64,000 nt of DNA from Takakia lepidozioides (lineage: Eukaryota > Plantae > Bryophyta). The notes under the pieces are model-generated. The model was given only the letters and a program-made list of their open reading frames with translations, did not search any database and was not told the origin of the DNA. The position numbers and the translations under genes were made by a program. Location: positions 28,086,001 through 28,150,000 of the forward strand of contig CM060732.1 of NCBI GenBank assembly GCA_030704615.1, read 5' to 3'. Of this stretch, positions 39,886-51,245 are shown piece after piece; position 1 is the stretch's first letter, and each line of letters opens with the position of its first letter.

Positions 39886-42528
39886 TTACGAGCGTAAGGA
39901 AGTTCTTGGAACTGAAGGGAAGCCATACTCATCTGCAGCCTGTTTACCATGGTCAAACATATGTCAATATCCTGCTAACAATCCCATTTCAATCCCTTCA
40001 GCTCCTCAATCTATCCACCTTGTGCCAGCTATCACCTACGTGAGACAAACAGCTCCATCACAAAACAGATGGTCTTCTCACTATCTGTAGAAAGCTGTAC
40101 CTCTTTTGTCTTACTCTCTGTGTCCAGTTTCTCTGGTTATAAGGATAAGACAATAAAAGAGCATACAGTCAAAAAACCCTCAACCTATAAACAACAGCAA
40201 CATTGATCGTGACTCACATGTTGCTTTTGACATAATAACAAACCCAATACCAATACCAAACAACTAACAAATACCAAGAGAATGGAAAGATCACAAACCT
40301 GCGGATTCGCCTGTGCAGATGCTGGTGTGACACCAGAGGGTGCCGAAGGCAAGTTCAACTCTGAATCAAATTCAGGCTCTTTGTCGGGTTGTAAGTAGGA
40401 TGGTATGCCGTCTGACATTGGTTCCGTTCCCATGTCTGCCTCCAAAGCATCCAACTCTGCTCCATTCCCACAAAGAGAGAGGTATATAGAATACTATATC
40501 TGTCTGCCTCAATAGCCTTAGCACAATCAGTATCTGACTGGCACACACACAACAAGACAATATGAGAGGAATAACAAAGAGAGGAGGAATGAGGCTCTTA
40601 CCCCCCATAAGTTCCTCTTCATCAAGATCATCGGGGACACTGTAGCTGCGCCCCAGCGTCTCTTGAATTTCGGAGCTATAGTCCACTAAGTCCATCATCT
40701 CATCTTGCATTTTCTGTTCACGACAGAATTCAACTATGAGCACTCACCATATCGCATGTCTGTCTGTCTGTCTCTCCCTCTTCAAAGATAATACAAGACA
40801 AACAAATAAATGACAAGCTTTCACACAGGTAAATTGGAGGTACGTTGCATGGTGAGCCAAAAAAAAAGGAGAGAAATGCAAAGAGAGCCCACATCAATAT
40901 CATCAATCTTAAGGGTCTTCATCGTTCCCTTGAGCTCCTTGTTTGCAGCTTTCATAGCTGCCATCTGCACAGTCCCATGTACGATGCATCATTAGCACTG
41001 GCATTCCATTGAGATATAATTGCTGAAGTGTTAGGGCCAACAGCCTGTACCATTACTTAGTAGAGTCTGATAGTTCAGCATGAGACCAAGCATATTAGAA
41101 AACTTGCAGCATGTAGAATGGTGACTACAGGCTCAGCTGATTGGTTTCCCCTTAGGTCATTGGAGAGGTGGAAAGAACACTATCCCTGCTCAGAGATGAT
41201 ATAGCACAGCCACTATAATACACTGGGTCATACCAACAGGTGCACCACTGGAACGCCGAGACTCTACATAAATAGAGAGGAAGCAGAACAAACTATGAGT
41301 CCATCCTCACCGTCTGTTGAGCATCCTTGATGCCCTCTGTTGCAAACGAGACCTGCTCCAGATTGAATGTTTGACTATACAGTTGATCCCGTTGGCCTTC
41401 ATACCTGGCACCCACTCATGCGACAACACATCAACTGCGACCCTCATAGGATCCTCAAATATGTAAAGGCATGTTTGACCATCTTGGTAATTGCTTGACC
41501 TATTTGATGTAATTGTATTGACTGCACCTTTACCTATTTGAGCAGGTCTCACTTCAATGTCTCATTTGATGTATGAGAACCATTACAACTGATGGTTGAC
41601 CACATCTGATTACAGGCAGTTCTTACAAAGCTGCTGATAGCAAACCACAAATATTTCACCTAGGAGAAGGGAGGTGAGAAATTGACTCTGAGCTTCCATC
41701 TACTTCCTTTGGAGAGCCTGAGAAACTTGCCACTCATTAAGAGGTAGGAACTTTCGAACAGCCCTTTCTGAACTCTCTCTCTCTCTCTCTCTCTTCCAGA
41801 AATATGTGAATACCAGCTCTTGAATAAAGATTTCAATTCCGTGTACACACCCTGTGCACGAGCATTATCTGATACGGGGGTCAGTTTCCATGCCCTGGTG
41901 GGATAAGACCCCAAGACTGACTATGGGAGGGTTAGTGCCTCATTTTGTTCTTGACCCCAAGGGAGGGTCAAGTTAAAGTTTGCAGGGTATACTCTCCCTC
42001 TCCTCTCTCTCTAGCTCTCTCTCTCTCTCTCTGTCACATGCTTACTTCTCTCTGTCATCCCCTGTCCATCTGTCTCTTCCTCTCTACGCACAGCGGAACC
42101 TAAAATCCCAAACGGACATCGGTGGCAAAGAGCTGAGATATCCTACATCTTCTTTTGCTTGAGGATGCGCATAGCACGTGCTTTAATGGCCTCCTGAGCG
42201 GGCCCTGGCCTCGTCTTCTTTATCTGCTCCCGATATCTGAAAAGCTCGGCATCCAGCTTCTTTATCTTCTCATCAACGGTATCGCCCCTCTTATTTATCT
42301 GCACGACCCACCACAACTTGGATATATTACAGTGCCTGAAGACACTCAGTTGGTAGATAGAGGGGTGCGAATTGCAAATTCACGTACAATTATATCAAAA
42401 CCAGAAGCAAACGCACGCGAAGGAAGACAGTGGAGCAGAGGCAAGGAGAAGAATCTAACCCTGTCCGTTGCCTCCTCAACAGTGGGAGGAGGGACCTTCT
42501 CCTTCTTCGCACCAAACACACGCCTCAT
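39886..42528 (-). CDS. VPS60: ESCRT-III Snf7-family protein VPS60/CHMP5, 7 exons
   Basis: MRRVFGAKKEKVPPPT (42460-42528), KKLDAEL...KARAMRILKQKKM, YEGQRDQLYSQTFNL, MKAANKELK, EIQETLGRSY, ELDALE, and final exon EYGFPSVPRTSLRS* (stop 39886-39888). Confidence 0.95.
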
Positions 42529-43031
42529 TTCTCCCCGCCCCAACGTAATCCCTTTTCTGTTGTCTGCTACAAAATACGTGCAATGTCCTTCACCGATTCT
42601 GCAGGACAAACGCTCAATCCAAGAGAAGAAATAAAAAATCTCTTCCCTCACGAAAAACCCATTACACAGAACCTTTCAGTTGTGGAGAAGGTGGTGCACA
42701 AAGCTGGAGAGGGGGGTGGAGGGATCGGTCAACAGCCCCCCAAGCTGCGCTTCCTCTGCACTCTTCCGGAACGAAGGAACTCGGAAGGGATGACCCGACG
42801 AATGAATCTATTCATCTTCATTGATAACGAATGAAAGTCACTCTTCTGGGATGAAAGTCATCGCTTCTCGCTTTATAGTTTTAACTTTAATTTTACATAT
42901 CAAGAGTCGGGGAGTTATCTTAATCTACTTTTACGAAAATATATTGAGAAGCGCAGGATATGTTGGCTTACATCATGAATGAAAGATATGAAGCATGGGA
43001 CAACCGACATTGTGGTTGTTTCAAGCTTGTT

Positions 43032-43473
43032 TCACCAGTAATCCCCACAAAGCAAACTCCATCTTGGAAGTGGTGGAAGCAATTGCCATCCTGCACAACA
43101 ATTGCCCAAATAATCTGTGAGATGATCTTGGTGGCAGTGCCGCAATCACCGATGCAGGAAGGTGTTCCTAGGGATGTTTTGATGAGCCCAAAAGCAATGG
43201 CAAGTTTCTCACTGTGGTGCCAAGGGTCTCTCCACTGCATGCAACACAAGGCGCATGTCGAGCACATACCCAATCTCCTTCATCTGGCAAGACAATCTCT
43301 TCTCCGCATGGATTTCAATAATTTGTGGATGCAAAGTGTCTTCTAGGAGGAAAGTGTCTTGTAGAAGGACCATATGCTCTTGGTTGTCCATCTCAATGCA
43401 GCTCGGCCCTGTCCTCCATTATTTTTTTAATCTTTGCTTGATCATCCAACCTGCCAGCTGCTGCATAAATATT
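43032..43473 (-). pseudogene. Decayed E2/E+/DYW cytidine deaminase domain of the PPR gene
   Basis: NIYAAAG, SCIE, HPQ, GYVLD, HSEKLAIAFGLI, FHHFQDG and CGDYW* are spread over three frames with deletions; the CxxC motif is degraded. Confidence 0.88.
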
Positions 43474-45933
43474 CTACAGCAGCACATATGTTGCAGCATC
43501 CTGTGGATCCAACTTGAGAAGGCATTTTACTGCGTGCTCTGCTAGCTCCACATTGGCATGAAGTCTGCATGCACCCAGCAAAGCCTTCCACACCGAAGCA
43601 CTTGGTTCAGTTGGCATTTTGTTAATGAAGTCCTCTGCCTCATCCAATTGCCCCCCACGGCCAAAGAGATCCACCATGCAACCAAAATGCTCCATTGTAG
43701 CAGTGAGACCATAATCTCGATGCATGGAATCAAAGTAGTGACAGCCTTCATCCACCAGGCCCGCGTGGGTACATGCAGAGAGAAGCGACATGAAGGTGAT
43801 TCCATCCGCTATCAAGCCTTCGTGCTGCATTTGCTCAAATAGTTGGAGAGCCTCCCTACCACACCCATGCTGAGCATATCCTGCTATTATTGCGCTCCAT
43901 GATATCACATCTCGTTTAGTCATACTGTTAAACACTTGACGAGCATCCTTCATGCTCCCACATTTGGCATACATATTAACAAGGGTATTGTCCAAATTAA
44001 GATATGATCCAATTCCAGCTTCGATGACACCAGCATGGACCTCCTTTCCCATTTCCAGGGCTGCCAGGCTGGTACATACATCAAGAACACAAATGAATGT
44101 GATCTTGTCAGGCGTCACCCCTTCCCCTATCATTTGTTCATACATCTCCAAAGCCTCCCTACCACAGCCATGCTGAGAATATCCAGTGATCATGGTGTTC
44201 CACGAGACTACATTTCGATTAGACATTTTGTCAAACACTTGGCGCGCATCCTTTATGCTCCCACACTTGGTGTACATGTCAACAAGGGTATTTTCCAAGT
44301 TAATATATGATGCAATTCCAAATTTGATGATATCATCATGGACCTCCTTGCCCTTGTCCAGGGTTCCCAGGCTGCCACACGCAGTGAGAACGCCAATGAA
44401 CGTAACTTTGTTAGGTATCACTCCTTCCCATAACATACGCTCATACATCTCCAAAGCCTCCCTACCACACCCATGCTGAGCATATCCTGCGATCATGGCA
44501 CTCCATGAGACCACATTTCGTTGAGGCATATGGTCAAACACTTGACATGCATCCTTCATACTCCCACATTTGGCATACATATCCACAAGGGCAGTCTCCA
44601 GAATGATATCTGGCTCCATTCCAGCTTCAATGATATCCCCATGGACATCTTTGCCCTTTTCAAGGGATTCCAGGCTGGCACATGCCTTGAGAACACAAAT
44701 AAATGTGACACTGTTTGGCATCACCCCTTCCTGTATCATTTGCTCATACATCTCAAAAGCTTCCTTACCACACCCCTGCTGAGTATATCCTGTGATCATG
44801 GCGCTCCATGAGACCACATTCCGTTGACCCAAATTGTCAAACACTTGATAAGCATCCTTCATACTTCCACATTTGGCATACATGTCAACAAGGGCAGTCC
44901 CCAAAATGAAATCTGGCACAATTCCAACTTTGATGATGTTGGCATGGATGTCTTTGCCCTTATTAAGGGCTCCTAGGCTGGCACATGCCTTGAGAGTGCA
45001 AACAAACGTGACCCGATTGGGTGCCACCCCTTCCTGTATCATTTGCTCATAGATGTCAAGAGCTTCCCTACCACAGCCATGCTGGGCATATCCTGCGATT
45101 ATTGTAGTCCATGTAAACACATCTCGTTCAGACATCTTGTCAAACACTTGTCGTGCATCCACCATGCTCCCGCACTTTGCATACATGTTGACAAGGGTGT
45201 TGAGGATAATGATGTTTGGCTTGAATCCACTTTGGATAATGCGGGCATGAACCTGCTTTCCCAGTTTCAAGTCTTTGTTTTTGAGTGACTCCTGCAAGAG
45301 ACACACATAAGTATCGGAGTCTTGGTTTAAAACGTGCGATACTTCTTTCAAGTGTCCTGGCACATTTAGTGCACCCACATCCCAAGTAGTGCTAGAAGAG
45401 TTCCTGTTCACTCCTTGCATTGGTTCTTTTTCAAAAGGAGTGGTAACAAAGGAGGTGCCTGCAACCAACTGCATTTGTCTAAACCTTGCCATCCTGCAAG
45501 ACGGAAATCCTTTGTTACAAACTTTTGACTTCAAAGTCTCATAATGTATCTCAAGGTTTCTTGACATGTCAAATGACAAACCTCTCCAGCAGACAAGATT
45601 GTGGAAATGTATTGACCTGATGAAAGAACTACTGTACCATCTGCTTCCAGAGTAAATTGCATGAATTCTACAACTGCAGCTTGGAACCTTGAAAACAACA
45701 TGAAAACTATACCTATTGATTTCTCGGCCTGGAGCTCCGTGGTATTGATCAACATTCAGGCCATCACCATATTGTTGTGCTCGACCTTGTGTATTAGCAG
45801 ATAAACCTGCTTTTGCCCAAGGAGGGTTTGACCAACTCTCAATCCACCGGCTTGTGTGCGTGTGTCTGAAGACGGGTGATCTTTGACATTTCTGTAAAAA
45901 ACACAGAGGGTGCCCACGCAGCCAAAGCTTCAA
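43474..45933 (-). CDS. Intronless PLS-class PPR protein (about 17 PPR motifs + E1 + partial E2), ending at a premature stop
   Basis: 819-aa ORF with five L-S-P triplets, L2/S2 (HFGCMVDLFGRGG) and E1 (WKALLGACRLH); TAG stands where S is expected in YVLL-S-NIY. Confidence 0.9.
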   Translation of the reverse strand: MKLWLRGHPLCFLQKCQRSPVFRHTHTSRWIESWSNPPWAKAGLSANTQGRAQQYGDGLNVDQYHGAPGREINRYSFHVVFKVPSCSCRIHAIYSGSRWYSSSFIRSIHFHNLVCWRGLSFDMSRNLEIHYETLKSKVCNKGFPSCRMARFRQMQLVAGTSFVTTPFEKEPMQGVNRNSSSTTWDVGALNVPGHLKEVSHVLNQDSDTYVCLLQESLKNKDLKLGKQVHARIIQSGFKPNIIILNTLVNMYAKCGSMVDARQVFDKMSERDVFTWTTIIAGYAQHGCGREALDIYEQMIQEGVAPNRVTFVCTLKACASLGALNKGKDIHANIIKVGIVPDFILGTALVDMYAKCGSMKDAYQVFDNLGQRNVVSWSAMITGYTQQGCGKEAFEMYEQMIQEGVMPNSVTFICVLKACASLESLEKGKDVHGDIIEAGMEPDIILETALVDMYAKCGSMKDACQVFDHMPQRNVVSWSAMIAGYAQHGCGREALEMYERMLWEGVIPNKVTFIGVLTACGSLGTLDKGKEVHDDIIKFGIASYINLENTLVDMYTKCGSIKDARQVFDKMSNRNVVSWNTMITGYSQHGCGREALEMYEQMIGEGVTPDKITFICVLDVCTSLAALEMGKEVHAGVIEAGIGSYLNLDNTLVNMYAKCGSMKDARQVFNSMTKRDVISWSAIIAGYAQHGCGREALQLFEQMQHEGLIADGITFMSLLSACTHAGLVDEGCHYFDSMHRDYGLTATMEHFGCMVDLFGRGGQLDEAEDFINKMPTEPSASVWKALLGACRLHANVELAEHAVKCLLKLDPQDAATYVLL

Positions 45934-46199
45934 CTACAGCTTTGGACAGACTAGGATGCAACCAGGACAGCTACGACATCTTTTTTTGCACACGTTGCGC
46001 AATTGTCATTGACTTCAGCATTTGGAGGTACAATCCAGTTTGTGAAGAATCATCATGCCAGCAGCAAGTTCAAACCCTTGTTGACAAACAATTTTTTCTT
46101 CCCGAGTGGACATGGACTCGCCTTATCAAACCTGTTGTCCCACCACTGCAAACGATCTGAGGCCTGCGACATGCTTTGCTCGTCGCTTGACCTGCTTGC

Positions 46200-46378
46200 A
46201 AGAACTGCTGAAACATGAGAACTTAACCACGTCAACACTCACTTCCCATCAATCGGGTTTCTCGGACTCTGAGCCGAAACTGAAGTATTTGTTTGTGGCC
46301 TAAGATTCTATACCAGTTTGAACAACATTCCACAAATGTGCATCCCAGTTACAGTTGGAGGAAACTCAATGCCGAGGT
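46200..46378 (-). mobile_element. Short RTE/RTEX-like LINE fragment
   Basis: Reverse complement tacctcggcattgagtttcctccaactgtaactgggatgcacatt matches the copies at ~25115 and ~38760. Confidence 0.65.
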
Positions 46379-46589
46379 ATACTATAAAACAAACCCAAGC
46401 AAGAACATGCGACGGATTTTCCGTCGCTAGAATTAAAACCATAAAAAACCACACGCAAAATTTGAAATTGCGTCGCAAAAGCAACGCAATGTTTAAAATT
46501 TATCTATCGCTATGGATGAAAATAATCCATATCATGCTAAAAAGGATGAATATATGCCCATGTCCTGGATATGGGCAACATTCATCCCC

Positions 46590-46756
46590 TCTCTGTCTCT
46601 CTCTCCCCTTTCACTCTCTGTCTCTAAGTGTCCTCGACACTCTCTCCTCTGCACCTCTCTCTCTCATGCTCTCTCTCCCCTTTCACTCTCTCTGTCTCTA
46701 AGTGTCCTCGACACTCTCTCCTCTGCACCTCTCTCTCTCATGCACTCTCTCCCCCT
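46590..46756. repeat. CT-rich tandem duplication of about 75 bp
   Basis: ctctaagtgtcctcgacactctctcctctgcacctctctctctcatgc present twice. Confidence 0.85.
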
Positions 46757-48714
46757 TCGTAGTGTAGTATTAATCGTGTGAGGGGATAGAGGGATGTATC
46801 AGTGCGCGCGGGTGGAGGTTCAACGCGCGGGTGGAGCTTCGCAACCAGCTCGCTCTTCTCGCCCGATCCGCGCCCGATCAGTCCGCCCCCTCGCTTGCTT
46901 GCGACTGAGCAGCTGTTGCTTGCTCGTGCGCTGAAACCTGCCCAACCCCCGCAGTCCCTTCGCTGCTCGGCAGGTGAGCAATTCTGCCCCCTTCCTTTGT
47001 TTTTTTTTTTTCCTTTGTGTTAATTCCCCCCAAGCGATGAAGCTGCCACACACACCCCCCCCAGCCCTCCGCCTGTTTGAACAGCAGAGGGATACAACCC
47101 TGCAATCTCCGGGAGGGATTCATTGCTGTGGGGACTATGCTATCGAAAATTCGTCACAGCCGACTTTCCGAAAGTAGGAACGTATGATGAGAGCGTCCGT
47201 CTCTGTTCACTTGCATTGCAGTGACTCTGAATTGTCGCTCTGCACTGCTGCACATGAACCCCAACAATGTGCGTCAAATCGTAGCTAGCCCTTTCACCAA
47301 GTAGCGATCTCAAAATGCTTTAGGTGGGCTATCAGCCAACACTGTCATAATGCTCATGTGAGGAAAAATATTGCCCGAAAATGAGTATTCCACAGGAGCT
47401 ATGGCCCACGCAAGCAATGCCGAAAAAGTATCTCTCTCTCTCGTGTCGGGAATGGAGAAGATGAAAACAGTAGATACTGAAGGATATGGAAGGAGAAGAC
47501 AGGTGTCGATTAACTTACACATGACCATGTTGTGGATATATCCAATCAAAGATGGGAACGGTTTCTGCTGGGATGCATACGGAGCCTGGATAATTCCGAA
47601 GCACGCAAAGATCACAGGCCTACTACACCTTTGTTCGGATACCTGGAGGTTGGGGAGGCGACAAAGCCGTAACTCACAAGGGTCTGGGCCCAAGCATTGC
47701 AGAGCTGAATACCTGTTTCAGCTCCACCGACTCACCCGTTAGTATGCTGCATGACATGAGGCTTCCCGCCCCTTCTACGCACGATAAAGACAGGGCCGTC
47801 AGTGGGGCCTCTCCATGATGTGTGGATGTCAAAAAGCGAAAATGAAGCGGGTAGCTCCCAAGGGGGAAGAGGGTGCCTTTGGATTTGTAAGGTCTTTGAA
47901 AGGCCTGCCCAAGTGACAGAAGTATAATAACACAGCAGAACCACAGAAAGCAAAGAACAACTTGAAGCTCAAGTGTATCCAGGTATCTAGAATATATGGT
48001 GATATTAGAATGGTTGTTATCATATGCTGCACAGTTTGATGCGCTTCCTGGATTCTGTTACATCTGCCTCCAATTGATACATTCAATCGTGGAACAAAGC
48101 CCCCTGCCTGCCATCGCGTAACACTAGGTTGAATGGGGTCAGTACAGATGGGAAAACTGCATTTTCTAGTACTGTGCTTTTTTCTTCCTTTATGGGTTCT
48201 TTTGGTATTTCAGTGACTGCATAGTTAGGTTGATTGGAAAACTTTCAGATAATCTAGTCTGGACTTCTATGTTTGCAGTTGAACTTGTAAGGTGTTTTAG
48301 GAATTTGTGGTTCGGGGAGGTGGTGTAAAACTCACAAGCTTTAAGGACATTGCAGAAGGTTAAGTAGATACACTCGAATGACATCCGTAGCCATTGGCTC
48401 ATAATTTTGCAATGAACGACTATGGTACAGGGGTGGAAGAATCGGTCGAGGATTTAAAGGGGGCTTAAGGTGATGGCGACTAATCCTTGGTGTTTGTGAG
48501 GAAGTGCCTGTGTTTGCCAACCACTTTCGGTACTTCTAGCCCTTCATGACATATATCTCTGTAGCAGCTCATATTGGTTTTGATATGAGCTTTCTATCAT
48601 GTACAGCCTCCTGATGAGGATTGCTGCAAGTAGAGGATGGTGTCTTGAATTTCATTTTGTACAGGAAGCCACACGGTGTTGCCCACTTTGCTGTAGATGA
48701 GCAATATTCTGTTG

Positions 48715-49006
48715 GGGTCTTATTGCTGGGCAGCTCACACACAACAGATTGATGCTTGTGTGAAGCGATTTCTAGAGGAAATCTGGAAAGCCCGAACCGA
48801 TTGTGCATGAGATCTTCTCAGTACTTCTTTTTAGGCTACTTTCACTTGTAAGTATGAAAATATCTCGATACGTATGTTCACACCAAGGTAAGTCCCACTA
48901 CTGGAGTGAGCCCCTCACAAAGGTAGTGTCTGTTCCCTCTTGTTTCGCCCAAATTGAGTGCAGGGTCTATGGCCACAAGGCTGCAGCAATCAATGTCTCA
49001 CAAGTA

Positions 49007-49045
<39 letters not shown>

Positions 49046-50335
49046 GTTTTTGCCACAAGGCTACGGCAAACAACGTCTTATGAGTACAATCTCTCTCTCT
49101 CTCTCTCCCCCCTTTCCTGGATAATCTGGCTTAGAGAGAAGATATGATCCACACTCTAAGCCAGATTATCCAGGGAAGGAAAACAGAAGGGAAACCCACT
49201 TTTGTCTTTTTCTTGGATGTCAAAAAGGCTTATGACACACTGTGGAGAGATGGTCTATGGCTCCGACTCTGGTCATCTGGGATCAAGGGAAAGATGTGGA
49301 GAGTGGTCCATAACTTGTATGCTCACACCAAAAGCAGTGTCACTGTTAATGGACAGAAGTCTAACTTCTTTGACATAGACCAAGGTATAGCTCAAGGATG
49401 TACCCTCTCCCCTCTGCTCTTCAATGTTTTCATCAATCAACTTCTTGAGGATGTGGAAAGTGAGGGATTTTGATTAAGGGTGGTGATTCCACCATACCAG
49501 CCCTTATGTTTGCGGATGACTTCGCAGGCATAGGGGAGACTCCATACAATCTTTAGGAGTTGATTGATTGGGCGAAGAGATACTTTGACCTTTGGGGGCT
49601 AGAGGCAATCATCAGTAAATGCGCAGTGGTGGCATTCAACGACCGAGGGGAGGGGGTGGCAGTAGGGAAGCCAAGAGATTCCTTGGCTTCCCGTCTTCCC
49701 TTCCTACTCATACCTTGGCATTGAGTTTTCGTCCAACTTCATGTCCAATCTGGCAAGGGCAAAGGGGTGGGTCTCACTAATTTTTCCACTGCAGAGGGAT
49801 CAACTCTGAAGTCAAGAAAACCATGTTATGCTGTGTTATTAGGCTTGCCTTGGAGTACGCATCTGCGGTGTGGGTTGATAACTCCAACCAGGCTAAGTCT
49901 CTAAAATCCATAGAAGTTGGGGTGCTCAAGGAGTGCATGTCAGCGTGGTCCAAAACAGCTAACGCGGCTATTAGGGGTGAGTTTGGCATTCCCCCCTTAA
50001 GCTCCCAACGAGATGAATTCAAGGTCCGATGGTGGGGTCAGCTGCAACATATGACTAATATGAGATATCCCAAGTTAATCGACTCTATATCTTGGAAGAT
50101 CACCCTGTCAAACGGGCGAGGTCTGGACAGAAGAGATTTTCAAGGATCTGAATCTAAGTCCGCTAGTCTTGAGCCTGCTGGATAAATCTTACCTAGAGGC
50201 TGCAGTGTCCAAAGCCATCTTTGTTGCCGAAGATTGCCTGATGAAAATGAAGTTAGGCAGAAAACTTCCCTGAACTCGTTTCCAATTTGTGACATGGGGG
50301 AGGCCATCATGGATGACCTCAAGGATTTACCCACC
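48715..50335 (+). mobile_element. RTE/RTEX-like LINE fragments: 3' end with (CT)n, an extra 3' tip, then the RT core of another copy
   Basis: FLDVKKAYDTLWRDGL, GIAQGCTLSPLLFNVFI, LMFADD, AIRGEFG and RWWG. Confidence 0.88.
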
Positions 50336-50537
50336 ACTACTACCACAGTATTCAATAAAGCTGACCCATGGTCACTTGTTCATATCCACGCGATTGTATA
50401 AGATCTCTTAGTTGAAAGCATTGAATGCAAGAGAGAGGGAAAAAAAAGGATGAGAGTATGCATGCCCTCTGTTGACAACGTATTAGTGTGAATCGAAGAT
50501 GTCATTTAAAGTGAGCAAATGCTTGATCACATGAATA

Positions 50538-51245
50538 CCGCAGTGGGAAGGCTGATCCGGCACTAAATAATTAGAAATGAATCTGCCTAATAATTAAGTG
50601 AAAATTTAGGAAAAACTGCTGAAATTCCAGAAAATTTACAAAAAAAAAGCCTAAAATCTCAAACAAACTCCAAATATCAAATCTCCAAATGCATGTTTCA
50701 AGGCATAAAGCTCTAGGAAAATATTTTCCTCAGCTCTGAGAAATCCTAGAATAATTGGCTGAGCAATCACTGCATTTGATGATTGACCAGATCCTCTCAT
50801 GGCTCTTAACAACCCACATAATTTGTTTTTTTTTTTTTTTTTTTTAAGGAAACACCTGGGAGCGCCAGCTCACAAATATGGCCCCTTAGTAGTGAGAGGA
50901 GAAAATAACCTCTTTCATTTATGCGCCATGGAGGCAAATGAGTGGGACACTGCCCAAGAACCATACCACACCAGTCAGTAGCAAGATTTGGCCCCAGAAT
51001 CATCTGGGTGGCACTCAGTGCACTTAGCCAACTGAGCTACTGACTGTTGGTACATAATTCTCTTACCACATCTGGTATAGTAGATAGAGCAAGTTCATGC
51101 AGGGAGTCACCGCCAAATTACTTCAAATCTCGTCATGGCATTGCCGTAGAATCTAGAAATTTCCTTACGTGTTGTCCGAGGTGTTTTTGTTGTAAAGAAA
51201 ATAAATATTCTGCACTTCACTGCTGGATCAGCCTTCCCACTACGG
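50538..51245. mobile_element. MITE with TA TSD (Tc1/mariner-like) carrying a SINE insertion
   Basis: TA-CCG(C/T)AGTGGGAAGGCTGATCC ... GGATCAGCCTTCCCACTACGG-TA. Confidence 0.85.
50824..51051 (-). mobile_element. tRNA-derived SINE with poly(A) tail
   Basis: Minus-strand head CAGTCAGTAGCTCAGTTGG (A box); poly(A) of about 20 nt at 50826-50845; 8-bp TSD ACATAATT at 50816-50823 and 51052-51059. Confidence 0.8.

Noticed and set aside
46380-46765. CACTA element (gcgacgg/ccgtcgc repeats, TAGTG)
   Set aside because: Termini do not pair convincingly and there is no 3-bp TSD
46795-48000. Possible plus-strand gene (GC-rich exon-like segment ending cag|gtgagc; ORF 47371-47742)
   Set aside because: No in-frame ATG/exon chain and no recognisable domain
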